Below are positions 1 through 8,731 of a stretch of DNA of 64,000 nucleotides, one piece after another. The DNA comes from a bacterium HR15. GTDB taxonomy: Bacteria > Armatimonadota > Fimbriimonadia > Fimbriimonadales > GBS-DC. The stretch's first letter is position 1. Each line of letters starts with the position of its first letter. A model generated the notes under the pieces. It did not search any database, was not told the DNA's origin, and saw nothing but the letters and a program-made list of their open reading frames with translations. Location of the stretch: NCBI GenBank assembly GCA_002898555.1, contig BEHR01000014.1, positions 1,416 to 65,415 of the forward strand, in the 5' to 3' direction. The translations under genes and the position numbers were made by a program.

Positions 1-1728
1 TGCTTCTATCCAGAACTGTCTCCGCCAAAATGTCCAACAATCGTCTGGCGGCGCATATGCCCCATAGTTATAACAATTACCATTCCATCCGAGGAATACA
101 CCATACTGTAGGCTGCCTGACTTAAAAACCGCACTTTGAAAGGCAAAATCATCTGCACCAATAGTTCCATCGATAGATCCACCAGCAGACTTGCATGAGT
201 CAATCCACACCAAGGCTGGGGGGTCTACCCAATTACCATAACCCACGCTTCTTGTTAATACACTTAGATCAAAGGAGACAAGCCCTCTTACTCCTCCCCC
301 TGATATAGTACTGTACCATGTATAAGGACCTATTCCAAAGAAAGGGCGAGGTAAACTGCCTCCGTGAGAATTCACATAAAATAATTGCAATCTTATTCTA
401 AAGTGATTATTGATTCTTTTGACTACTGTACTGTTGTTCAGCGATGGTTTTGCAATGTCACGGGAATCGATAGCAATCACACTTGGGTTGTCATAGGGTG
501 GTCCAACAAGGCGCAATCTATTCTTTATGAAATTTAAGTACTCCTTCCAAGAAGTTGCCCCCCCTGGAAAAATGCTTGTATCGGTTTCCAGCAGGATAAA
601 GACTTCACCTACTCGATTCTTATTGGTTTTACCTTTGCGTTGATGAAGCCCTCCCTGCACAACGAACTCGACCTCGTATACCCCATCTTCAGCCTCGGTA
701 CCCAAAGAAGTGTTACCGTCCCATACAACATCGATGAATGCGCTTGTGCCGCTGTAGGTTCGTACCACAGCGGGCGGCTCATCAATGCTAAGGATGCGAA
801 CTTCCCACGACTGCGATGTTTGTAAACTTGCGCGGATACGACAAACGGTGGGAACCTCACCATCCTGTGTGGATGGGTCAAAAATTGGATCGATGTATAT
901 TTGGGAAACCTGATTATAAAAAATCACCGATATACTTTTTTCATGACCATAGATGTCTCGAACCGTCAACACATGCTCACCATTAGCAAACTCATCGGTA
1001 TAGATAGGTAGACTTACAACAAACGGCTCGTAGGGTGACTCAACAATATCACCTGCCCATGCCACTGGGGTATTGTCCACGCTTAACTCTATGTCAGAAT
1101 ACTGATATAGTAGAAAAGGGATTTGCACACGAACGGACACCTCACCACTAAGCACTTGTCCCGCTTGTGGGCTGACAATTTTGAACGCTTCATTCGTGTC
1201 TGTTTGAGTGCGAAGCCATATGCCATCAGGTACATACACCTGGATTCGATAACGCCCGGGCTCTGGCACAGAAATTTGTACGGTGGCGGGATTGGAGAAA
1301 AGCACGACTTCTGCCCTATAAATAGCATCTGAGCCGAGTTTCTGGGCTTCAAGTACAATAGGTAATTGAATGTTGTAATTACGATACCCAACAAGATTTA
1401 CATCTATCTTAAGGTTGATATTGCCGTAGGCGGCATATCTTGTTCCTCTCAATGGTTCCGCCCCCACCAACCCGTAGTTGAAAAGTACTATGTTGATATC
1501 GCTATCATCTACAACGCCATCTCCATTAAAATCGCTATTTGTTGACTGCGTTCCAAAATAGAACAAAGCATTCACAAGATCAGCGTCATCAATGATATTA
1601 TCATGATTTGAATCCCCAGGAATTAGATTCACTGTAATCTGAGAAAAGGCGATCGGTAGTAAAACAAACCACACCAACATGCCCAAAAGTCCACGCACGA
1701 CTTCACGAGCAAGCCCTGTCCGCCTCAT
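1..1728 (-). CDS. Secreted multidomain protein, C-terminus cut by window edge: signal/TM anchor, dockerin-type repeat pair, Ig-like (FlgD-Ig-like) modules, C-terminal region with H-G...C spacing reminiscent of clan CD cysteine peptidases
   Basis: Absent from ORF track (no in-window stop). Hand translation of the minus strand from ATG 1728 (in-frame alternative ATG 1680) stays open for 576 codons to base 1. MRRTGLAREVVRGLLGMLVWFVLLPIAFSQ; DSNHDNIIDDADLVNALFYF and DFNGDGVVDDSDINIVLFNYG (dockerin-like); IDVVWDGNTSLGTEAEDGVYEVEF (FlgD-Ig-like); FYVNSHGG ... LVWIDSCKSAG. Confidence 0.75.
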   Translation of the reverse strand, partial: MRRTGLAREVVRGLLGMLVWFVLLPIAFSQITVNLIPGDSNHDNIIDDADLVNALFYFGTQSTNSDFNGDGVVDDSDINIVLFNYGLVGAEPLRGTRYAAYGNINLKIDVNLVGYRNYNIQLPIVLEAQKLGSDAIYRAEVVLFSNPATVQISVPEPGRYRIQVYVPDGIWLRTQTDTNEAFKIVSPQAGQVLSGEVSVRVQIPFLLYQYSDIELSVDNTPVAWAGDIVESPYEPFVVSLPIYTDEFANGEHVLTVRDIYGHEKSISVIFYNQVSQIYIDPIFDPSTQDGEVPTVCRIRASLQTSQSWEVRILSIDEPPAVVRTYSGTSAFIDVVWDGNTSLGTEAEDGVYEVEFVVQGGLHQRKGKTNKNRVGEVFILLETDTSIFPGGATSWKEYLNFIKNRLRLVGPPYDNPSVIAIDSRDIAKPSLNNSTVVKRINNHFRIRLQLFYVNSHGGSLPRPFFGIGPYTWYSTISGGGVRGLVSFDLSVLTRSVGYGNWVDPPALVWIDSCKSAGGSIDGTIGADDFAFQSAVFKSGSLQYGVFLGWNGNCYNYGAYAPPDDCWTFWRRQFWIEA

Positions 1729-2092
1729 CACGAACCACTTGCTTATAAGAACAGTTGTCAGTAGACACCTCTTGTACCCCCTCAGCAAGGGGCGCACATC
1801 CCGCAGCCCAAAGCCTTCCCAGCGCATCACCATGCATAGAGAGCAGCGTTCACCCGTCCGCACGCTCGGAACCCTCATCAAACTCTGTCTCTGCTGACTT
1901 ATCCCTTGCATCACCATCGCCTCCTTCGCCATTTCCAAAGGTTCGCTGCTATTGATGGCACATCCTGCAGGAGTTTGTCAAGGGGGGAACGAAAAAAGCT
2001 TTTGAGTTCAAAAAGTGCCGTCAAGACCCTGAAGACGCTAAAAACCGTCCGCTGCCCGCGCATTTTTTTTCAACTTTCCGAACAGCCCCACA

Positions 2093-2190
2093 GGGCAAGG
2101 ACACCCTTGCCCACAGCCGCACCTGCTGCCGCCCCATCGCCCTTGAAAAGGCGCACAGACTTCAGCTGGGCAGACACGGAGGTCTGCCCA
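2093..2190. other. Two perfect GC-rich hairpins in the 510-nt intergenic region
   Basis: GGGCAAGG-acac-CCTTGCCC (2093-2112) and TGGGCAGAC-acggag-GTCTGCCCA (2167-2190). Confidence 0.6.
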
Positions 2191-2227
2191 TACACAATTG
2201 TTCGAACGGTCTCCCGAGAAGTTGGGT

Positions 2228-2233
2228 TATAAT
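2228..2233 (+). promoter_or_regulatory. -10 box TATAAT, 6 nt before M14 carboxypeptidase ATG (leaderless-type)
   Basis: GGTTATAATACTTTTATG read directly. Confidence 0.5.
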
Positions 2234-2239
2234 ACTTTT

Positions 2240-3487
2240 ATGCGACGCGGGAGTGGAGTTATTGGGCTAAGCTTATTGTTCATCTTGCTCTGGGCGCAGA
2301 AGGTCGACTATTCAGGCTATCAAGTGCTGCGTCTGCAGATAGAGAGCTACAAGCAGCTCACGCACCTTGAGGAGCTGGTGCGCGATATCTGGACATGCAA
2401 TCCGCGCGGGCGCACGGTCGATGTGTGTGCTTCGCCGGAGGAGCGCGAGCGGCTGCGCAAGGCGGGCTACCGCTGGGAAGTGCTGATCGACGATGTGGGC
2501 GCGCTTATCCGCCAGCAGCAAGGTGAGTTCCGTCCCCAGGGCGATGATATCTTCTCGCGCTACCTGACCCTGCAGGAGGTCTATGCAGTGATGAGATCCC
2601 TTGCGGAGGCGAACCCGCGCCTGGTGCAGATGCTGCAGGTGGGGCAGTCGATAGAGGGGCGCCCAATCTATGCACTGCGCCTCACGAAGGAGCCGCGCCT
2701 CGCACGGGTCTATCGCAACCGCCCCCAAGTGGTGTTCAACGCCTGCCAGCACGCCCGCGAATGGATTACCGTCGCGGTTGCCCTCTATATAGCCTACGGA
2801 TTGGTCGCGGGCTACGGAACCGATACGCGCATCACCGAACTGCTGCAGCGCACGGAGGTCTACATCGTGCCGGTGGTGAACCCCGATGGTTATGAGTACA
2901 CCTGGACCACCGACCGCCTCTGGCGCAAGAACCGCCGCTATCTGGGCATTATCAATGGGCGCGCGACCTATGGGGTGGATTTGAACCGCAACTGGGGCTA
3001 TGCGTGGGGTGGAGAAGGCGCAAGCACCAATCCACGCTCGGAGACCTATCGCGGCGCGGCGCCCTTCTCGGAGCCAGAGACCTACTTTTTCAGCCGCTGG
3101 ATGACGAGCTTGCCACTGCTACGTGCCTCCATCGATATTCACAGCTATTCACAGTTGATTCTGTGGCCGTGGGGCTATACGAGCCAGCTCGCGCCTCATG
3201 ACCATGTGTTCCGCCGGATTGGACTGGAGATGCAGTCGCTCATCTTCAGCGTGCATGGCATGACCTATGTGGCGGGTCCCATCTATACCACCATCTATCC
3301 TGCCAGCGGGAACGCGACGGATTGGGTGTACGGTGCGCGGGGCGCACTGGCGTTCGCCTTCGAGCTGCGCGACACAGGTCAATATGGCTTTTTGCTACCG
3401 CCCGATCAGATTCGCCCGAACGGCGAGGAGATATTTCCTGCGGTGCTGCGCCTCATCCAGTGGGCATTAGAGCGTCGATGGGATTAG
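2240..3487 (+). CDS. Zinc carboxypeptidase, peptidase family M14
   Basis: ORF track 2198-3487 starts at TTG. ATG 2240 lies 6 nt after TATAAT 2228-2233 and gives signal-like MRRGSGVIGLSLLFILLWA. Motifs HAREWIT (HxxE Zn site), NPDGYEYT, GVDLNRNW, HSYSQLILWPWGY, AFAFELRD. Confidence 0.9.
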   Translation: MRRGSGVIGLSLLFILLWAQKVDYSGYQVLRLQIESYKQLTHLEELVRDIWTCNPRGRTVDVCASPEERERLRKAGYRWEVLIDDVGALIRQQQGEFRPQGDDIFSRYLTLQEVYAVMRSLAEANPRLVQMLQVGQSIEGRPIYALRLTKEPRLARVYRNRPQVVFNACQHAREWITVAVALYIAYGLVAGYGTDTRITELLQRTEVYIVPVVNPDGYEYTWTTDRLWRKNRRYLGIINGRATYGVDLNRNWGYAWGGEGASTNPRSETYRGAAPFSEPETYFFSRWMTSLPLLRASIDIHSYSQLILWPWGYTSQLAPHDHVFRRIGLEMQSLIFSVHGMTYVAGPIYTTIYPASGNATDWVYGARGALAFAFELRDTGQYGFLLPPDQIRPNGEEIFPAVLRLIQWALERRWD

Positions 3488-4149
3488 TCGCCCAGCAAGG
3501 CGCGTCCCATGACCAAATAGTCCGCCCCCCAACGCAGCGCGTCTTCTGGGGCAGCGATTCGTTTCTGGTCGGCAGCGGGTGTGCCTGCTGGGCGGATGCC
3601 AGGCGTGACGATCAGGAAGGGTGGTGGAAAACGGCGGCGTAGCGTGCGGATCTCCTGAGGCGAGGCAATCACTCCATCCAGTCCACACGCGTGTGCCAGC
3701 TGGGCAAGGCGTAATGCTTGGGCGCGCGGACCGCGTGGGATACCCAACACCCTGAGAGCCGGCACATCGAGGCTGGTCAGCACGGTCACGCCCATGAGGA
3801 GAGGGCGCATAGGACGATCCGCAACCGCTTCACGCGCTGCCTGTAGCATCGCTTCGCCACCACTGATGTGCAAGGTCAACATCCATACACCCAACTCCGC
3901 TGCCTGACGCACCGCCAGTGCAACCGCGTGGGGAATATCGTGAAACTTCAGGTCGAGAAAGAGGCGCGTTGCACCCGCTTGGCGCAACGGCTGGAGCCCC
4001 TCCAACCCATAGCGCACAACCAGCGCGCCGCCTACTTTGAAGGCGTGCACCTGATCGCGAAAGGAGCGTACCCAGGCGCACGCCTGATCGAGGTCAGGAG
4101 TATCCAAAGCCAGAATAACCCGACGCAGGAGGGTCTCATCAATCGCCAT
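3484..4149 (-). CDS. pyrF: Orotidine 5'-phosphate decarboxylase
   Basis: 221 aa; FLDLKFHDIPHAV (DxKxxDIP signature), LIVTPGIRP near C-terminus. Confidence 0.9.
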   Translation of the reverse strand: MAIDETLLRRVILALDTPDLDQACAWVRSFRDQVHAFKVGGALVVRYGLEGLQPLRQAGATRLFLDLKFHDIPHAVALAVRQAAELGVWMLTLHISGGEAMLQAAREAVADRPMRPLLMGVTVLTSLDVPALRVLGIPRGPRAQALRLAQLAHACGLDGVIASPQEIRTLRRRFPPPFLIVTPGIRPAGTPAADQKRIAAPEDALRWGADYLVMGRALLGD

Positions 4150-4152
4150 CCC

Positions 4153-4686
4153 TCATCGCGCTGCTACGGTCTCCTTCTGTTCTGCTTGGGCAATTGCCTT
4201 CTTGAGGGCATTTTCCAACTTCTCCTCCACACCTGGTCCGTAGCCGATCTGGATGAAAGCGATTTTGCCCTTCGCGTCGATCACCACGAAGTGCGGGATA
4301 CCGCGCACGCCGTAGGCGCGGGCGGTCATGCCCTCGCTATCCATCAGCACACGGAAGGTATAACGATTTTTCTCCATGAATTCCCGCACCGTCTCTTTAT
4401 CCTCCCGTACATTAATGGCGAGGATATGCGCCTTGCCTTTGTATTTCTCGGAGAACGCCTGCGTGTGAGGCAAAGCGCGCCGGCACGGACCACACCATGT
4501 TGCCCAGAAGTCCAGGAAGACCGGCTTCCCCTTCAGCTCGCTGAGCTTCACCTGTTGGTTGTCCAAACTGTCCAGCTCGAAATCGGGCGCGGGCGCGCCG
4601 GGCTTCAGTTGCTCCTGCAGAAGGGCGAACGCCCCCAACAGGCTCAACACACTCAACATTGCCAATGCGAACCATTTTTTGCCCAT
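4153..4686 (-). CDS. TlpA/ResA-like thiol-disulfide oxidoreductase (thioredoxin fold, exported)
   Basis: WATWCGPC CxxC motif; signal-like MGKKWFALAMLSVLSLLGAFA; GGAGG 9 nt upstream of ATG 4686 (ORF-track start 4704 is probably too long). Confidence 0.85.
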   Translation of the reverse strand: MGKKWFALAMLSVLSLLGAFALLQEQLKPGAPAPDFELDSLDNQQVKLSELKGKPVFLDFWATWCGPCRRALPHTQAFSEKYKGKAHILAINVREDKETVREFMEKNRYTFRVLMDSEGMTARAYGVRGIPHFVVIDAKGKIAFIQIGYGPGVEEKLENALKKAIAQAEQKETVAAR

Positions 4687-4714
4687 AGCGACAGTCCTCC
4701 GCACTGATAATACC

Positions 4715-5656
4715 TCATTTTGTCGGGCAGGTCGGACGAGATGAAGCGGTGCAGTGTTGGCGAAAGGCGCGAGGTGTCTTGCCGAAATATTGGCAGAACA
4801 CGCGCGAGAAGTGGCTCAGGCTCAAGTAGCCCACCTCCAATGCGATTTCGGAGACGGACATGCGTGTGGTGGCCAGTAAAGTCGCTGCGCGTTGCATGCG
4901 CAACTCGGTCAGACACTCCGATGGCGAGCGCCCCAGCGTGACGCGAAACAGTCGCTGGCACTGGCGCGGGCTGACCCCTAACTGGCGCGTCATCTTTTGG
5001 AGTACTTCTCCATCGTTCAGGTGCGTCTCCAGATAGGCTAACGCCTGTTGTAAGCGCGTCTCATCGGGTGCGACCACCACCTCAGGTTCGCGAAAGCAGA
5101 GAAACGAGAGCAGTTCACGCAGCTTCGCCTCATAAAACAGGCGCAAACTACCCACCGGCGGCGGATGCCGAATCGAATCGATCACGCGAGCCGTAAGCGG
5201 GTTGCTCGCAATCAAATAGAGTTGTTCAGGAAAAAGCGATTCGCCTCGCAGGAAGGGCATCAGCTCGTTCAGAACGCGCTCCGACTCGGGCGCCAGCAGG
5301 CTACGCAAGTAGCCCGGCTCTACGCGCACCACCAGATGATGGTGCAGATAGCGTAGGTCAGGGCGTGCCTTGCGCGGACAGGTCAGTTGTTTGGGGTCAG
5401 GCGGGCGCAGGCTAATGACAAATTCGCACCATCCTTCGGATGGCTCGAACTCCTGTGCCTGAATGGGGTCATCTGAGGAGAACCGTCGCTCAAAAATCAG
5501 GAACTGTTCTGTGCGGCACAGCAGGCATGAGCCACATGGGTTCGCACGCTCTTTCCCTGTAGAGAGGTGCGCCACTTGCGTTCCTCCTCTCTGCCCGGCT
5601 CTTAAACCGCTCATCGCAGCTATAAGTATACCCCCTCGTTGTAGGGCCGTGTTCAT
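4715..5656 (-). CDS. AraC-family transcriptional regulator
   Basis: C-terminal AraC-type HTH: MSVSEIALEVGYLSLSHFSRVFCQYFGKTPRAFRQ. Confidence 0.8.
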   Translation of the reverse strand: MNTALQRGGILIAAMSGLRAGQRGGTQVAHLSTGKERANPCGSCLLCRTEQFLIFERRFSSDDPIQAQEFEPSEGWCEFVISLRPPDPKQLTCPRKARPDLRYLHHHLVVRVEPGYLRSLLAPESERVLNELMPFLRGESLFPEQLYLIASNPLTARVIDSIRHPPPVGSLRLFYEAKLRELLSFLCFREPEVVVAPDETRLQQALAYLETHLNDGEVLQKMTRQLGVSPRQCQRLFRVTLGRSPSECLTELRMQRAATLLATTRMSVSEIALEVGYLSLSHFSRVFCQYFGKTPRAFRQHCTASSRPTCPTK

Positions 5657-5668
5657 GGCGCATCCATC

Positions 5669-6253
5669 TCACACCCACCATCGTGCCAGAATCAGCCCCG
5701 TCACCAGCGCGTTCCAGAACATCACCCAATGTTCACCATTCATCCAGACGGTGTGCCAATCGAACTGTCCCACAGGCGTATGCCAGTTCCGTCCGGGCAG
5801 CGGTATTAAAAGTGGCACCACTTGCCGATAGCGCGCGTGTTCAGGAAACAACTCGTTCAGGCGTCGCTCTTCCATCATGATGGCGCATCCATAGAGCACG
5901 GCAGAGTACATGCCCAGCAGGGCGCCATAGGGTAGCCAGCCAGCGAGCGTACACCAGCCGCTTAGAATGAGTAGCATCCCGCCATACAGAGGATGGCGTA
6001 CCCACGCATACGGACCTGCCGTGATCAGATGCGTATTTTTTTGCAGATAGCCTGCTGCCCACAAGCGGACGAATGAGCCGAGCAGCACCAGCGCACTGCC
6101 CGCGATGGTGCTGTCTACACTGGGATCTGCCAGCCCGATTAGCAGTGCAGGCACGGGCAAAAAGAGGCGACTACGCTTGCGTCCAATCCACACCACAAGC
6201 GCAGTCAGTCCGCGCGCGCTTGCATCGATGCGATCAAGTAATGCTCGATCCAT
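5669..6253 (-). CDS. Isoprenylcysteine carboxyl / phospholipid methyltransferase-family membrane protein
   Basis: Multi-TM protein with GPYAWVRHPLYGGMLL motif. Start uncertain: the ORF overlaps the lpxB 3' end by 49 nt. Confidence 0.65.
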   Translation of the reverse strand: MDRALLDRIDASARGLTALVVWIGRKRSRLFLPVPALLIGLADPSVDSTIAGSALVLLGSFVRLWAAGYLQKNTHLITAGPYAWVRHPLYGGMLLILSGWCTLAGWLPYGALLGMYSAVLYGCAIMMEERRLNELFPEHARYRQVVPLLIPLPGRNWHTPVGQFDWHTVWMNGEHWVMFWNALVTGLILARWWV

Positions 6254-7365
6254 TCGGGTCCCTCGCTCAACGGCTCACCTTCACCGAGCAGGTGTCGGAT
6301 CTCTCTAAACGATTCTTTTTGACGCTGCGCGTTTTCATCCTGCTGGAGCAACCCGATGAGATGGTGTGCCAAAGGGCTGGGTGAAGCCGCTTCCTGAATG
6401 AATTCGGGGCATACTTCCTGCTCCAGCAACAGGTTCGGTAGCCCAATATGGCGTAATGCCAGCTGTCGGCGTCGCAGGCGATACTCCAGATTCATCAGGC
6501 TGGAACCACGATAGACGATGAGCATCGGTGTGCCAAGCAACGCGGCTTCCAGCGTCGCCGTGCCTGAGCAGACGATGGCGGCATTGGCATAGCTAAGCAT
6601 GTCCCATACAGGGCGTGTCTCCGTAGGAACCCAGCTGCGCGAACCTTCCGCCCACAGTGAATGGAGCCGCTCGGTAGCGAAGCCCGGCGCGACCGACAGC
6701 ACGAACTGCACTTCGGGCAGACGGGCGTTGACCAGCTCAGCCACTCGCGCATACAGGGGCACATGGGCAGCAACTTCGTGTTGGCGGCTGCCTGGCAGGA
6801 GCGCAACGATAGGGCGGTCGGGATCAAGCCCCAGCCGTTCGCAGAACGCGCTTTTGGGCATCGATGGATGTGCCAGCCTGATCAGCGGATGACGAATGCG
6901 CACCGCGTTTGCTCCCATCGCCTGCAACCGCTGTGCCGACCATGGAAACGGGGTCAAAATCCAGTCTGTGATGGCGGGTAGGTCGCGCCCCTGCGCATCG
7001 CGCCGCCAGCTGCCCGGTGGCATATAGTAGCCCACTTTAAAACCTCGCTGCTTCGCCCAGCGACACAGCGGCACATTGAACGCGCCAAAATCGATAGGGA
7101 TCAGCAGGTCTGGCTGCAGGCGTCGCATCTGGCGTTTGAGCCGTCCGAAGGCACGCAGCACCGCCGGCAGCACCCGCAGCGATTCGACGACGCCAATTGC
7201 TCCCCAACGCTGACTGTTGGCAAGCAGTTGCACTCCTGCCTGTTGCATGCGCGCTCCGCCGACGCCAAGCAGCTCAAGCGTGGGGTGTTTCGCATGAAGA
7301 TGGCGTGCAAGGTCCGCCCCATACAGGTCGCCCGATGCCTCACCCGCAACAATCAGCACCCGCAT
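6205..7365 (-). CDS. lpxB: Lipid-A-disaccharide synthase
   Basis: MRVLIVAGEASGDLYGADLARHL N-terminus, 386 aa, located directly after lpxA. Confidence 0.9.
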   Translation of the reverse strand: MRVLIVAGEASGDLYGADLARHLHAKHPTLELLGVGGARMQQAGVQLLANSQRWGAIGVVESLRVLPAVLRAFGRLKRQMRRLQPDLLIPIDFGAFNVPLCRWAKQRGFKVGYYMPPGSWRRDAQGRDLPAITDWILTPFPWSAQRLQAMGANAVRIRHPLIRLAHPSMPKSAFCERLGLDPDRPIVALLPGSRQHEVAAHVPLYARVAELVNARLPEVQFVLSVAPGFATERLHSLWAEGSRSWVPTETRPVWDMLSYANAAIVCSGTATLEAALLGTPMLIVYRGSSLMNLEYRLRRRQLALRHIGLPNLLLEQEVCPEFIQEAASPSPLAHHLIGLLQQDENAQRQKESFREIRHLLGEGEPLSEGPEWIEHYLIASMQARAD

Positions 7366-7425
7366 TTTTTGCCGTTTTTTCTGAGTCGGATATGTCTAAC
7401 TTGTCCGAACTGTCTGAAAGAAAGA

Positions 7426-8226
7426 CTATTTGCGCGAAGGGCGATCCAGAAATCGCCCATTGCGACCCAAACGGGTCTCCTCCATAAACTGAAGCAGATA
7501 CTCCAGCTCTGGCGACATGGGCAGCTCGGTGCGAATACGCTCTATTGCCTGGGTCAGATTCAGGTTGGCATAGAACATCCAGCGACAGGCGGTCTTGAGC
7601 GCGGTGCGCACCTCCTCTGGAATACCTGCGCGGCGTAGCCCCACCAGATTAATGCCGTAAACCTTTGCCGGATTTCCCTCCACCAGCATAAAGGGTGGCA
7701 CATCCCGCACGATTCGGGACATCCCGCCCACCATCGCCAGTCGACCGATGCGTGTGAACTGATGCACGCCCGTCATGCCGCCGATGTTCGCGCCGTCATC
7801 AATCAGGCAGTGCCCGCTTATGCCCACCGAGTTTGCCATCACCACGCCACTGCCCACGCGACAGTTGTGCCCAATATGCACATACGCCATCAAAAAGTTG
7901 TTGTCGCCGATAATGGTCGCCTCGCCCTCGCCACTGGCGCGATGGATGGTCACATATTCGCGAATAAGGTTGTGATCGCCGATTCGCAGGAAGGTGCGCT
8001 CATGTTTGTACTTGCGATCTTGAGGGGGTGCGCCCAGCACCGCCCCATAGGAGATATGATTATTCTTGCCGATATAGGTGTTTTCTTCGATAATCACATG
8101 GGCTTCCACGATGGTGCCGCTATCGATCTGCACATTCGGGCCGATGACCGCATACGCGCCCACCTGCACATCGTCGGCGAGTTCGGCTTTGGGATGTACA
8201 ATTGCCGTCGGATGAATCGTTGCCAT
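7426..8226 (-). CDS. lpxA: Acyl-ACP--UDP-N-acetylglucosamine O-acyltransferase
   Basis: Hexapeptide-repeat beta-helix (MATIHPTAIVHPKAELADDVQVGAYAVIGPNVQI...), 266 aa, helical C-terminal domain, lpx gene context. Confidence 0.9.
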   Translation of the reverse strand: MATIHPTAIVHPKAELADDVQVGAYAVIGPNVQIDSGTIVEAHVIIEENTYIGKNNHISYGAVLGAPPQDRKYKHERTFLRIGDHNLIREYVTIHRASGEGEATIIGDNNFLMAYVHIGHNCRVGSGVVMANSVGISGHCLIDDGANIGGMTGVHQFTRIGRLAMVGGMSRIVRDVPPFMLVEGNPAKVYGINLVGLRRAGIPEEVRTALKTACRWMFYANLNLTQAIERIRTELPMSPELEYLLQFMEETRLGRNGRFLDRPSRK

Positions 8227-8236
8227 CGTCGTGTCC

Positions 8237-8731
8237 TCAAGGCTGCTGATTGAGCGTGCTGGATGGTGAGAGGGGTGCGGGTGTGAAGCGGTCGGGGTCT
8301 AACAGGGCGAAGGTGATTTCCGCCTCGGCAGCGACCTCATCGCCCACGCGGGCAACCGCGCGCACGCGCCCCACATCCCGACGCATCCACAGCATCTCCA
8401 CCTCGGTAATCAGCGTATCACCGGGCACCACTGGGCGGCGGAACCGCACATCATCCAGACCAGCCAGCAGGGCAATCTTATCCACCATGCCGGGCATTGT
8501 CATCACCATCACACCGCCCACCTGCGCCATCGATTCGACGATTAAGACGCCCGGCATAATCGCGCGAGCGGGGAAGTGCCCCTGAAAAAAGCTTTCGTTC
8601 ACCGTCACATTTTTCAGACCGACCGCGCGCTTGCCCGGCTCCAGTTCCAGAATCCGATCCACCAGCAGGAACGGATACCGGTGCGGGATCAGGCGGCGTA
8701 TCTGCTCCACATCCAGTGTCCAGTCAGCCAT
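8237..8731 (-). CDS. fabZ: 3-hydroxyacyl-ACP dehydratase
   Basis: LIPHRYPFLLVDRILELEPGKRAVGLKNVTVNESFFQGHFP. ORF-track start 8854 is over-extended; ATG 8731 overlaps the lpxC stop (ATGGCTGA). Confidence 0.9.
   Translation of the reverse strand: MADWTLDVEQIRRLIPHRYPFLLVDRILELEPGKRAVGLKNVTVNESFFQGHFPARAIMPGVLIVESMAQVGGVMVMTMPGMVDKIALLAGLDDVRFRRPVVPGDTLITEVEMLWMRRDVGRVRAVARVGDEVAAEAEITFALLDPDRFTPAPLSPSSTLNQQP

Noticed and set aside
3868-4707. Long ORFs antisense to confidently assigned genes. Examples: 3868-4707, 9604-10536, 15746-16531, 20715-21482, 24974-25891, 26371-27318, 46176-47054, 55685-56629, 56939-57670, 61081-61707.
   Set aside because: Each lies fully opposite a gene with strong family motifs. 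Their translations are low-complexity (Arg/Ala/Gly/His-rich) with no recognisable motifs. This is the usual artefact of stop-poor antisense frames in GC-rich DNA.
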